Virus record (IMG/VR): IMGVR_UViG_3300037247_001314
Span: 42,805-106,804 of that record
Source of the DNA: a virus
Length of the DNA stretch: 64,000 nt
Strand: one strand, 5' to 3'
This document shows positions 37,544 to 46,667 of the stretch, piece by piece. How positions within the stretch are numbered: position 1 is the stretch's first letter; the number at the start of each line of letters is the position of its first letter. A model generated the notes under the pieces. It had not been told where the DNA came from. It was given only the letters and a program-made list of their open reading frames with translations, and made no database searches. A program made the translations under genes and the position numbers.

Positions 37544-37901
37544 TCTCTACTCCCTTGAACGTAGCCACGATTTCTTCCTCGCTGAGAGGACCCTCAACAC
37601 GGCAGAGTTTGAGATTATTTGTCATAACGATGACAGGCTTGCCCAGCGAGTCCATCACGCGCTGCTCGATACTGCGCGCCATGTCGTAGCTGCACGTAGG
37701 GGGCACGAGGACAACGAAACAATCTTCGAACGGGGTATCGATGATTTCGGCTTTCGGATGGTCCTGGATGAGGGTCTCCTTTATCGTCGGACCAATACCG
37801 TCCTGTTGGTCAGCTTGTACGACCTCCATCGGGACTACTCGCCAGAAAGTATTTTCCTTCGCGATGTGTCGGCGGGCGCGGCGTTTTGATGAACTGCTCA
37901 T
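37272..37901 (-). CDS. Hypothetical protein
   Basis: ATGA overlap with sbcC. Confidence 0.6.
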   Translation of the reverse strand: MSSSSKRRARRHIAKENTFWRVVPMEVVQADQQDGIGPTIKETLIQDHPKAEIIDTPFEDCFVVLVPPTCSYDMARSIEQRVMDSLGKPVIVMTNNLKLCRVEGPLSEEEIVATFKGVENADPEKLAAALVNRAKTSNAEAVRELEAKEEASGDAAPRLDPFAGALPDISGDFAEEDSAEVTEPGTPAAVGASRIDTSAGPDPAQPEND

Positions 37902-39811
37902 TTCGAAGCCTCAAGGATTGTGGACTCGCCGTTGACCTTCTGGACGACGACAGTTTCGGCGAACGTCCCTTGGAACCGCGGGTCATGGTCAATAACAAAA
38001 ATGGAACTCTTCTCCGCAGCCAGTTGCTGCAGCATTTCGGCAACAGCCTCCTTGCCCGCTTGGTCCAGATGCTTGCCGAAGATTTCGTCCAGAAAGAGAA
38101 TGTCGTAGCTCTGCGCTGCCCGGTTGGCAACGAGCCTTGCTAGTCCAAAATCAACACCAGAGCCCACACGGGCCTTCTCCCCACCACACCAAGAGCGATA
38201 GTTGCGGTCCGTCTGGGAGTTGTCTGGATTATGACGAAACACTCGCACAGAAAACTTGTCGACGAGTTTTTCGGTTTTGCCCTTGCCCGTCTTGCTCTGC
38301 GTCTCGAAGCGCACCCAAATAGTGCCGCCCGTTAGAAGGCTCACCCAGCGGTTAGCCTCGTCGGTCATTTCCTGCAGGCGACTGTCGAGAATGTGGCTCT
38401 TGATTCCTCGGGGGCCAAACGCATCCACCCAAAACTTGTAGTAGGGCAGCTGCGAGTCCAGATGGGCGGCAGCCTGAGTAGCCGCGTTGAGCTCCGCCGA
38501 AGTTGTTTCCCACGTCTGGAGCCAAGCATTTACCCTCTCGTCGTAGGGGTTGGGTATCTGATTCGCCTCAGCCTGTTGTACCTGCAGCTGGAAACCTGCG
38601 AGCTCCTTTTGGACTTCGTCATGCCGCGCGACGAGTCGATTGTAGCGCTCGTTCTGTGGTGCGATGGACTGCACGTAGGCTTGGTGCTGCTGCGTCTGGA
38701 CCTGATGGTTTGCCGCCAAACTGTTGACCTGCGTCTGGAACATTTGAACTTGGTCGCGAGCTTGCGCGAGTTCGTGCGCTGCGTGATCCAGCATCCGCTG
38801 CGCATCCGCGTGGGCTTGTTCGGGTGGCGGACAGTCAGCTGTAACGGCTTGGCCGCACGTCGGACAAGTTCCAGACGCCGCAGCAGCGGCTGCTGCTGTC
38901 TTGAGCGAGGTTGCGTGCCCCTGAGCTTCCCCCTGCTTCTGGAAAGCGAGATTCACCGCGCCGGCCACGAGCTCCAAATCTGCGGCAACCTGCACGGCTT
39001 CAGGGGCCGCAAGCGGAGCCGAAGGTACTTGGGTGAAGGGGTTGGCCTGCATCTCAGTTGTAAGTGCCTGGAGCCCGTTAGCGTATTCATGGGCCTTGGT
39101 GCGAAGTGTTTCGAGCGCTTGCGCCTTTTGTCCTTCCCACTCGGCCGCAAGCGGGCGTGGGTCATTGTTGCGCAAGCTGTCGAGCGCGATTTGCTGGCCT
39201 CTGGCTTTCTCACCGGCAGCAAAGGCCTCATCCGCGACTTCAGCCGCGCGCGCCTTCGCGTGCACGAGCCATTCGTCGACGACAGCGAGTTCAGGGATAA
39301 TCTTTGAAAGCAGCGCTTTGCGCTGTGCGTCTGTAGCGTCGGCGAACTTCCATTCGTCAAACTGCGCGAACAGCACAGCGCTGTGAAATACCGAGCGGTC
39401 CATCCCGAGATAGTTATCCAGACGTCGTTGAGACTCAGCAACGTCGGGTGTGGTTTTCTCCTCGCCACCTACCCAAAAACGCACCCCGCTCTTCTCGCCC
39501 TTTACCTTTCGTCGGCGAATAATCTTGAGGACAACTCCATCGTCCAAGCGCACGCGCGTGGTAACCTCAGTACCCCTCTTAGCCTTCTCATTGATAATCG
39601 AATCTGCAACGTCGTCACGGGGCACTTCCCCAAACAAGCACCAGTCAAGCGCGTCTGGAATCATGCTCTTGCCCGCGGCGTTGCTATTCATGCGTGGGTC
39701 ATCGCGGTTGTCCCCGAGGATAAGACAAAGTCCCCGGTCAGCGAGGCGGAATGAATGCGTGCCGAAGAACGACCCGTAGTTGGTGAGCGTGATGTCGAGA
39801 AACTGACTCAT
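37898..39811 (-). CDS. sbcC: SbcC/Rad50-like ATPase (T4 gp46-like)
   Basis: Walker A NAAGKS, zinc hook CPTCGQ, signature WCGGEK, Walker B LFLDE, IDH. Confidence 0.92.
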   Translation of the reverse strand: MSQFLDITLTNYGSFFGTHSFRLADRGLCLILGDNRDDPRMNSNAAGKSMIPDALDWCLFGEVPRDDVADSIINEKAKRGTEVTTRVRLDDGVVLKIIRRRKVKGEKSGVRFWVGGEEKTTPDVAESQRRLDNYLGMDRSVFHSAVLFAQFDEWKFADATDAQRKALLSKIIPELAVVDEWLVHAKARAAEVADEAFAAGEKARGQQIALDSLRNNDPRPLAAEWEGQKAQALETLRTKAHEYANGLQALTTEMQANPFTQVPSAPLAAPEAVQVAADLELVAGAVNLAFQKQGEAQGHATSLKTAAAAAAASGTCPTCGQAVTADCPPPEQAHADAQRMLDHAAHELAQARDQVQMFQTQVNSLAANHQVQTQQHQAYVQSIAPQNERYNRLVARHDEVQKELAGFQLQVQQAEANQIPNPYDERVNAWLQTWETTSAELNAATQAAAHLDSQLPYYKFWVDAFGPRGIKSHILDSRLQEMTDEANRWVSLLTGGTIWVRFETQSKTGKGKTEKLVDKFSVRVFRHNPDNSQTDRNYRSWCGGEKARVGSGVDFGLARLVANRAAQSYDILFLDEIFGKHLDQAGKEAVAEMLQQLAAEKSSIFVIDHDPRFQGTFAETVVVQKVNGESTILEASK

Positions 39812-40788
39812 GTGTCGGTGACCTCAGCAAACACGGCGAGCAGCTGAGTTACGTCGAGCTCGCCCCCATGTGTTTGCGCGTACGCCCGCGCGGTCTCGAC
39901 GGCGCCGGCAGCATTGCCAAGGCCGAGCCGATCGGCACCATAGGACTGGAGCGGTGGCGCGATGAAAACTTCGGCGCCCGTCAACTCCTGGACGCGCTTG
40001 GTTACCTCGACAGGGTCAAGCCCATCTTCCAAAACAATGTGAACTCGATCTCCCGGTGCCGCATCAGCAAGCTCGGGATTGGGGACATTGGCGCGCATAC
40101 GCACGCGATGGTGCCGACGGCCAGCGCGTATCGGCACATGCTCCCAGCCGTCATCATCCACCCAAATGAAACCCTTTTCTTGCCCAGCCTCATCAGCGCG
40201 CGTTTGCCACGGACTACCAACGTAAACGACGGGGCCAACCTCCTGGTGCCGATGCCAGTGCCCGGCGAACACGGTGTCGAAGGACGCAAAGACTTCTGGA
40301 GGCAAACCATCGAGCAACCCCGCGACGATGTGGTTGTTCATTATGGCGCCCTGCACACCGTGATGTAACCAGGCTGTGTTCGGCAGGTCATCCAGACGCG
40401 GATACTTCTGAATAAACTCGACGAGTTCCGTCGTATTCCGACGGTAGGGCAACCAAAGGCCGTGGTCATTCCAACAAGGGTCGGTCATCACGCTCACGTG
40501 GGAGCCAAACACCTCCAGCGCATGCCGCCCCACGATGTTGTCCTGGTCGTGGTTGCCAGGGAGGATGATGAGTTCGTCGAAAACCTGCACCGCTTCCTCA
40601 ATCCAATCGAGCAGCCTGTTCTGCAGCGCGATAGGAACGGTGTAGCGAAGGTCGTAGACGTCCCCGAGGAGCACACCTGTCTGGACTTCACACTCTTTGG
40701 CTTTCTCCAGAAAAAGCCGCAGCACTTCGAACACGGTGTCCTGTGTGTCCGGTTTGAGATGCAGGTCCGCCGTGATCAAGTAGCTCAC
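39808..40788 (-). CDS. sbcD: SbcD/Mre11-like nuclease (T4 gp47-like)
   Basis: ADLHL, LGDVYD, PGNHD, GHWH, YVGSP. Confidence 0.92.
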   Translation of the reverse strand: MSYLITADLHLKPDTQDTVFEVLRLFLEKAKECEVQTGVLLGDVYDLRYTVPIALQNRLLDWIEEAVQVFDELIILPGNHDQDNIVGRHALEVFGSHVSVMTDPCWNDHGLWLPYRRNTTELVEFIQKYPRLDDLPNTAWLHHGVQGAIMNNHIVAGLLDGLPPEVFASFDTVFAGHWHRHQEVGPVVYVGSPWQTRADEAGQEKGFIWVDDDGWEHVPIRAGRRHHRVRMRANVPNPELADAAPGDRVHIVLEDGLDPVEVTKRVQELTGAEVFIAPPLQSYGADRLGLGNAAGAVETARAYAQTHGGELDVTQLLAVFAEVTDT

Positions 40789-41033
40789 ATGTCGCTCCGC
40801 TTCTTGTCAGTGCGCACGTTGTCGACGCGCTGCTTTGAGCCGTCAGACATGATGGCCTGCATGCTGTACTTGGGCTTAGAGAAGTCACGAGGCTGAATGA
40901 GTTCCGGAGCGCCGGTGGGCCGCGTACCCTCCCCACACTCTTTGCAAACCTCGACGAGGGTATCCTTCTCGCTGTGCTTGCAGAGCACCTCTTGTGGATG
41001 CCCTTCTGCGCAGACAAATGTGTAAAGCGGCAT
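40785..41033 (-). CDS. FmdB-like zinc-ribbon protein
   Basis: MPLYTFVCAEGH...CKECG. Confidence 0.7.
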   Translation of the reverse strand: MPLYTFVCAEGHPQEVLCKHSEKDTLVEVCKECGEGTRPTGAPELIQPRDFSKPKYSMQAIMSDGSKQRVDNVRTDKKRSDM

Positions 41034-41258
41034 CTAGTCCTCCGTCCAGCCACGTTGTCTAGCAAACCAATCGGTGACGATGAGAACCCCCTGCGTGTCC
41101 GCTCGATAGACCTCGCTGTCGCCGTCAATCTGACTCTTGGGGACGGCGCAATCGTCGCTGCCCAATAAGTCATCTGGAGCGTCGTCGTCTTCGCTGCGAA
41201 CGAAGACGCACTTATCTGTCTCACCCGCGGCGTAGCAATCTTCTATGCGAAACGTCAC
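41034..41258 (-). CDS. Conserved small phage protein
   Basis: ETDK...VPKSQIDGDSEV...WFA. Confidence 0.6.
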   Translation of the reverse strand: MTFRIEDCYAAGETDKCVFVRSEDDDAPDDLLGSDDCAVPKSQIDGDSEVYRADTQGVLIVTDWFARQRGWTED

Positions 41259-41470
41259 GAGGAAGACTCCGGCCTCTGGATCTGACTGCGCAGAAAACTA
41301 TCGCGAGACTCCATGAGTTTGCGAAGAGCAACAGTGCGCTCAGCCTCGTCATAGGCCGGGCAACTCGCAAGGTGAGTAGCCAGTTCCAAGAACGGCTGAT
41401 TGTGGAAGCGCAGCTCTGGGGGAAACTGCGATTCGTCTGTAAAATAAGCAAAAAGTCGATGTTGAGCCAT
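41255..41470 (-). CDS. Small helical-hairpin protein, Acb2/Tad1-like candidate
   Basis: PFLELATHL...ERTVALRKLMESRDSFLRS. Confidence 0.5.
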   Translation of the reverse strand: MAQHRLFAYFTDESQFPPELRFHNQPFLELATHLASCPAYDEAERTVALRKLMESRDSFLRSQIQRPESSS

Positions 41471-41479
41471 GAAAGCCCC

Positions 41480-42712
41480 CTAAGGTAGAGCGTTGTAAAT
41501 CTGGACCGCGGTAGCAAACAGCTTTGGGTCCTCGTGAAGTTTTTGACCGAAGCCGATGAATGAGTTCTGGAACCTGATGTCGTGTCCGTCCGTCGTCGCG
41601 AAGGTGTGCCAACCACCGCCGACGGTAATGTACTTATATTCGGTAAGCTTCCAGAAGAGAGGCACGACGTCGTCAATACCGTTCCCCCACATGATGGCGA
41701 ACCTCTCATTGCGCCACGGCACGCCGACGTTGTTCTTGTTAAACTTCGACAACACCTCGATGCCCGCGAACGTGCCGTCGCCAAGCTTGATGGCTTCAGT
41801 GCGTACGAGTTCAATGCGCAGCGTCGAAGCGAAACGAAGCGCGAGGCCACCATAGGTGATGGTCTGGGAACCCTTCTGGAACTTCGCAGCAAAGCCAGTG
41901 ACGATTTTGGTGTAGACCTGATTGACAGCAAAGAGCGTAGCGTTGGCTCGAGCAAGCCTCTCTGGGAGCGTGCGCATAGCCCCCTTGAGCAACTTCGCTG
42001 CTTTGCCTGGCGCTTGCGCCTCGTCGGTGCCTTTATCAAACTCCGACTGCGAGGGGGTTTGCCCGACGCTGTCCCAGACTACCCCGAGCGGAATGTCCCC
42101 AAGGCCACGGGCGACCCAATGGTCAAGCGCGCGTTCCATCGCATCGATGACCGCCTCAAAAGTATGGCGTGCGGGTTGAATGACGATAAGCGCATCAGCG
42201 TCGACTCCAAGGCGGGCCACGTAGGGGAGGTCCCATTTGTGCTCGACATCGACAACCATGGCGACACCACCGACACTTTGAATCTCCGCAATAGCGTGCA
42301 GAACCACCGTGGTTTTGCCCACACTCTCCTTGCCACTGATCTCGATGATGCGACCCCGAGGCCAGCCGCCGATACCTGTGCCTTTGTTCAATGCGATACA
42401 TCGCGCCGAAGTGGTGCCGGCGCTGTGCCCAATGACGTTGGTGTCGGAGAACACCAGCACCTCGACAGGGTTGTAGACGCGTTTGGGCGCGTTCTTATCA
42501 CTCTTGTTGCCCTTGTCTTTTGCCGCCCCCTTTCCCGTCGTCAGCGTCTTACCAACAATGGCAGTCTTAAAATCGCTAGCAACGTAGACGCCCTGCACAG
42601 GCTTCTTCGTCTTCTTCGCCTTCGTCTCCTTTTGCGCCGCTTTAGGCTTTGGTGGCGACGACGAGTCCACAGCGCCAACAGTAACAGCGCGCTTTTTCTT
42701 CTTAGCTGCCAT
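41480..42712 (-). CDS. recA: RecA recombinase
   Basis: GIGGWPRGRIIEISGKESVGKTT, DVEH, WDSV, NQ, GGLALRFASTLRIEL. Confidence 0.95.
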   Translation of the reverse strand: MAAKKKKRAVTVGAVDSSSPPKPKAAQKETKAKKTKKPVQGVYVASDFKTAIVGKTLTTGKGAAKDKGNKSDKNAPKRVYNPVEVLVFSDTNVIGHSAGTTSARCIALNKGTGIGGWPRGRIIEISGKESVGKTTVVLHAIAEIQSVGGVAMVVDVEHKWDLPYVARLGVDADALIVIQPARHTFEAVIDAMERALDHWVARGLGDIPLGVVWDSVGQTPSQSEFDKGTDEAQAPGKAAKLLKGAMRTLPERLARANATLFAVNQVYTKIVTGFAAKFQKGSQTITYGGLALRFASTLRIELVRTEAIKLGDGTFAGIEVLSKFNKNNVGVPWRNERFAIMWGNGIDDVVPLFWKLTEYKYITVGGGWHTFATTDGHDIRFQNSFIGFGQKLHEDPKLFATAVQIYNALP

Positions 42713-42727
42713 TGTCCGAGCTCCGAA

Positions 42728-44092
42728 TCAGCCGCGCATTTGTGTCTGCAACTGCTGGAGGCCTTGGGGCACCTGCTGTTGTTGCTGCTGGGGTTGTTGC
42801 ATGTAGACCTGTCCCGGCGCAGTCGTGCCTGTGTGGCCTGGACCGTGTTGGAACGTCGTCGCCACAGGTTGCCCTTGTTGTGCTGGGTAGATGCCCCCAG
42901 GAGCCGGCTGCTGCGGGGGAAGTGCGGCATAGACCGGCTGACCTGGAGGCTGGCCCATGGTGGTCGGGTAACCACCGTAGGGATTTTGTGCTGGCGCGTT
43001 TGGCGCGGGCGAGTAAGCAGGTTGCTGCTGCGGAACCTGCATTTGTTGTTGGCCCTGCGGGAGCAGCATCGGTTGCTGCTGCGGCAACCCACCTTGCTGG
43101 CCTTGTGCAGCCAACTGTGCTTGTTCTTGCTGCACGAGCGCTGGCAGCTGCTGCGGAACAGGAAAGCCCATCGCAATGATGGCCTGGTACTGCTCGCCGA
43201 GCGTCGGCTGCTTCACAAACTTCGTGAGGTCGTACAAGTTCTGGAAGGCTGGATAGAAATACTGGTCGAGGGGCCGCGGATCGAGGTCGTCGATCGACCA
43301 GTCGATGTCGAAGTTGTTGGAGCCCTTCTTCTTTTTCTTGAGGATGAGCGGGCGGCCGTATTGCGGGTGCACGATTCGCGCGAGCGTTCGCGTTTTAATC
43401 TTCTCCCAAATGTCGGTGTGCAGCCCGCCAGGAGCTCGGAAGAGCCACGGAACAAAGCGACCGTCTGGAGTGAAATGTGACTGGTAATGCTCCAGCAGAA
43501 GAATCTGGTAGATGGCTCGTTTGCTGAGCTTGCCCGCGTCCTGCGCTTTCTTGGCGTCAACCTCGCTGCCGGTCTTGAACATCGCATTGCGTGCAGCACA
43601 GACCCAGCACCCGTTGCCTGCGCAAGTGATGCCTGTGCCCTGCGGCTTCTCCTGCGTGCGGTAGAAATGCGACGGGTCGTCGACGTAGTTGAGCATTCCA
43701 GCCGCCCACGGGGGGAGCAGCCAGATGACGTAGCTCGCCTCGTAGCCGATAGGAACGTTCGCTCCCCACTTCGGCTCGCCAGCGGGGCCAAGAGGTGAGA
43801 ACCAATGCAGGTCGCCGCCGCCACCTTGGCCCGAGCGGATACGGGCGATGCGAGCTTGTTCCTCAGCCGCACGAGCGAACGCCTGCTGCACAAGCGCGTC
43901 GTCGGGCATATGGATGACGGGCATCATCCCCGCTTGCTGTTGGGGCTGTTGCTGCACCTGCTGAACGGGAGCCCACACGCCCGCCTGAGTCTGCTGCATC
44001 GGCACGGTCGCAGGCTGCGTGGGTTGCTGCTGCTGTGGATAACCGGTCGCGGGAGCACCCGGCTGGGGATACGGGTTGTAAGGCTGATTCAT
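42728..44092 (-). CDS. Putative ssDNA-binding protein (gp32-like) with Gln/Pro-rich termini
   Basis: WLLPP...SHF...C...CWVC, HPQYGRPLILKK; lies between uvsY-like and recA. Confidence 0.65.
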   Translation of the reverse strand: MNQPYNPYPQPGAPATGYPQQQQPTQPATVPMQQTQAGVWAPVQQVQQQPQQQAGMMPVIHMPDDALVQQAFARAAEEQARIARIRSGQGGGGDLHWFSPLGPAGEPKWGANVPIGYEASYVIWLLPPWAAGMLNYVDDPSHFYRTQEKPQGTGITCAGNGCWVCAARNAMFKTGSEVDAKKAQDAGKLSKRAIYQILLLEHYQSHFTPDGRFVPWLFRAPGGLHTDIWEKIKTRTLARIVHPQYGRPLILKKKKKGSNNFDIDWSIDDLDPRPLDQYFYPAFQNLYDLTKFVKQPTLGEQYQAIIAMGFPVPQQLPALVQQEQAQLAAQGQQGGLPQQQPMLLPQGQQQMQVPQQQPAYSPAPNAPAQNPYGGYPTTMGQPPGQPVYAALPPQQPAPGGIYPAQQGQPVATTFQHGPGHTGTTAPGQVYMQQPQQQQQQVPQGLQQLQTQMRG

Positions 44093-44139
44093 CTGGTCCT
44101 CCTATTTAGTTACAACAACGGTTGAGCCTGGAGTGCAAC
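44093..44139 (-). promoter_or_regulatory. Class B upstream element
   Basis: GTTGCACTCCAGGCTCAACCGTTGTTGTAACTAAATAGGAGG. Confidence 0.55.
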
Positions 44140-44140
44140 C

Positions 44141-44662
44141 TCAAATCGACATACCCGTCAAACTTTGATCGCTAGCGCGCCAAACCCACTTGTGGAGGTT
44201 CTCGCGCTTAGCTCGGAAAGCCGCAACTACGCCCTTGCACGAGTGTGCGGCTTCCTTCACTTCTTCCAGACGACGGTGAATAGGCGTGTACTCCTCATGG
44301 CAGCGGTAAAGGTCCTCTAGCTGTGCCACAGTCACCTTCTTGCCCGTGGCCGGATGCTCGTCTGCCGCGTGGTCCAGACGGAAGCGAGATTTCCAGATGG
44401 CATATTTGCGTTCTTGATGCTGGACCACGCGCTCGCATTGGGCCTCCAGACGGGACCACCACGCAACTTCTGCTGTGACTCGCTCACACTGACCGCCAAG
44501 GTCAAACTCCGAAATGCTCACAGCAGGAATCAGCGTGCTGCCCTCGACGCGCATGTGCGCGACGAGTTCGTCGGTGGCCTCGTCGATGAGATACGCGGTG
44601 AACGGTCGCATCTGCTGTAGGACCTTCATGTACTCGCTTGTCGTCGTCACGCCTCGATTCAT
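44141..44662 (-). CDS. UvsY-like recombination mediator
   Basis: Helical; KKVTVAQLE...AFRAKRENL; gene context. Confidence 0.55.
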   Translation of the reverse strand: MNRGVTTTSEYMKVLQQMRPFTAYLIDEATDELVAHMRVEGSTLIPAVSISEFDLGGQCERVTAEVAWWSRLEAQCERVVQHQERKYAIWKSRFRLDHAADEHPATGKKVTVAQLEDLYRCHEEYTPIHRRLEEVKEAAHSCKGVVAAFRAKRENLHKWVWRASDQSLTGMSI

Positions 44663-46617
44663 ATGGCTATCCCTCGTTTCTCGGCCCAGTTGGTGGTCAT
44701 GACCTCAACGTCCGTCTCAGGCACGATGGGGCGGAACTCGTGGAAGTCCTCCATGATGTGCTTCACACCGCGCGAGATTTCTACGAAGTATTGAGACGGC
44801 GTATCGATCTGAATCTCGTCGTGAATCGTCGAGCACGGCTTCATTCCAATGTTGTGCTGATGGTTCCACTTATGTAGACGGACGATGCTCTTTTTCATCA
44901 GGTGCGCAGCTGTGCCCTGGATGAGCGTGCCAATAGCTTTTCGCTCAGCCCGCCCTCGCTGGTAGGCGTCGAGGTTCTTCATACCCGGCACACGTCGCGG
45001 GCGCCCGTACAGGTTTTGAAAAAAGCAATCGTTTTGACGCACGTGAGCCCAGAACTCGCGTCGGAATGGAGCGATGCGTGGGTACCGCTCGAAAAATACG
45101 AGCATGAAAGCTTCAGCCTCAGCGAGCGGAATCTTCGCCTGCCGCGAGAACCCTTTGGCCGAAAGGCAATATGCCAGCCCAAAGTTGACAATCTTCGCGT
45201 CTCGGCGTTTCCCGTCAGGGCCCCCAACTTCCAGACGCGTACGCTCGTGAATGTCTTCGCCTTTGAGATAGACGTCGATCATCGTCGGGTCTTGGGAGTA
45301 ATGAGCAAGAACGCGGAGCTCAATCTGCGAATAGTCGTAGTAACCTCGACTCCAGCCTTCACCGCGAACCACAAAAGCACGCTTCACAGACCATGGGTCA
45401 AAGCCCCCGTCCTCAAGGCTCTTGCCCGTATGTGCTATCGCGCGCTTGTCACTGTCGCCCGCAAAGTTCTGAAGATTGGGCGATGACGACGACAACCGTC
45501 CAGTGTTGGTGCCCAGCTGGCGCAAGTCGCCGTGGAGTAATCCATCGTAGCCAATGCTTTTGAGAATACTGTCGGTGTACGTCGTAGAGATTTTGCGCGC
45601 CTGGCGCCACTGGAGGATAAGCTCCATCGCCGGATGGTCGTCGGCGAAATGCTCCAGCACTTCCTTATCCACCGACATCGCGCCCGTCTTTGTTTTCTTC
45701 CACATCTTGAGCCCAAGTCTTTGGCTCATGACGTGTCGGAGCTCGTCATCACTACCGAGGTTAAACTGGTAGCCGCCGAGCGCGTGCATTACCTGCGGCT
45801 CTAACTGGTCCTGAGCAGCCTCGGTGATGCGTTTTAGATGGTGGATGTAGTCCACGTCGAGAGGAAGCCCGTTTTCCTCCATCTCAATGAGCGCACCCGT
45901 AAGGTCTATCTCTAGCTCGTACGTGCTCGCAAACTCAGTACGAACGTTTTTGGCGTCGTATAGCCGGGCAAGGTCCCAAGTAAACTCAGTGTCAAAACAG
46001 GCGTAAATACCGGTCGTCTGGATGGGCAGCTGGCTATAACCAAAGCGGTCCTTGTATTCGGTCTTACCGTACGGCGACTCCTTTACACGCCGATTGACCT
46101 CGTTATCGAGGATAGCCTCGTAAACAAGAGCGTCTGGACGTTGTAGATCCACCACTGCGCGCATCTTCAAAGCGAGCGGGACATTCTCGTCAGCAAGAGC
46201 CGCTTCGATCATCGTGTCGCGACGTGGGCCGAGCATGTCGATGCCGTCGGCGCGGACCATGTGCCAATCGAACTTGGTGTTGTGGCAAATCTTCTCGATG
46301 TTGGGGTTCTGGACAATGTCCCGACATCCCCTAAGCGCGAGCCCCTCGTCGAGCTGAAGCTCACCGGTCTGATGCCTGAAAGGGACGTACCAAGACTGCA
46401 GCGCACCGTCGGGCGAGCAAGTGAACGAGTAGCCGCAGATGCGCGCGTGCCGGTACCAGGCTGTTCCAGACGTCTCCGTATCAAACGCCACAGACTTCTG
46501 CTGCAAAAGCACAGCCATCATCCACTGGAACTGTGACAGCGTCGTCACCACCTGACGACGCGGGTCGTTAGGCCGCGCGTGGTAGTCGAACGCTCGTGCT
46601 TGAATATAGAGCGACAA
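44659..46617 (-). CDS. polA: Family A DNA polymerase with 3'-5' exonuclease
   Basis: DTET, HNTKFD, YACFD; TGRLSSSSPNLQN; DYSQIELRVLAH; RRDAKIVNFGLAY; IHDEI; TTG start. Confidence 0.96.
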   Translation of the reverse strand: MSLYIQARAFDYHARPNDPRRQVVTTLSQFQWMMAVLLQQKSVAFDTETSGTAWYRHARICGYSFTCSPDGALQSWYVPFRHQTGELQLDEGLALRGCRDIVQNPNIEKICHNTKFDWHMVRADGIDMLGPRRDTMIEAALADENVPLALKMRAVVDLQRPDALVYEAILDNEVNRRVKESPYGKTEYKDRFGYSQLPIQTTGIYACFDTEFTWDLARLYDAKNVRTEFASTYELEIDLTGALIEMEENGLPLDVDYIHHLKRITEAAQDQLEPQVMHALGGYQFNLGSDDELRHVMSQRLGLKMWKKTKTGAMSVDKEVLEHFADDHPAMELILQWRQARKISTTYTDSILKSIGYDGLLHGDLRQLGTNTGRLSSSSPNLQNFAGDSDKRAIAHTGKSLEDGGFDPWSVKRAFVVRGEGWSRGYYDYSQIELRVLAHYSQDPTMIDVYLKGEDIHERTRLEVGGPDGKRRDAKIVNFGLAYCLSAKGFSRQAKIPLAEAEAFMLVFFERYPRIAPFRREFWAHVRQNDCFFQNLYGRPRRVPGMKNLDAYQRGRAERKAIGTLIQGTAAHLMKKSIVRLHKWNHQHNIGMKPCSTIHDEIQIDTPSQYFVEISRGVKHIMEDFHEFRPIVPETDVEVMTTNWAEKRGIAI

Positions 46618-46626
46618 ATGGCTCCC

Positions 46627-46658
46627 AATAAAGAGGCCCGAGATTTCTCCCGGACCTC
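46627..46658 (-). terminator. Intrinsic terminator with GAAA tetraloop
   Basis: GAGGTCCGGGA-GAAA-TCTCGGGCCTC-TTTATT. Confidence 0.65.
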
Positions 46659-46667
46659 GTTAACAAG

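Noticed and set aside
41582-43480. 632-aa plus-strand ORF and other long plus-strand ORFs (e.g. 28-1077, 4966-6129, 60177-61352)
   Set aside because: Antisense shadows of well-supported minus-strand genes in GC-rich DNA, with no recognisable motifs.
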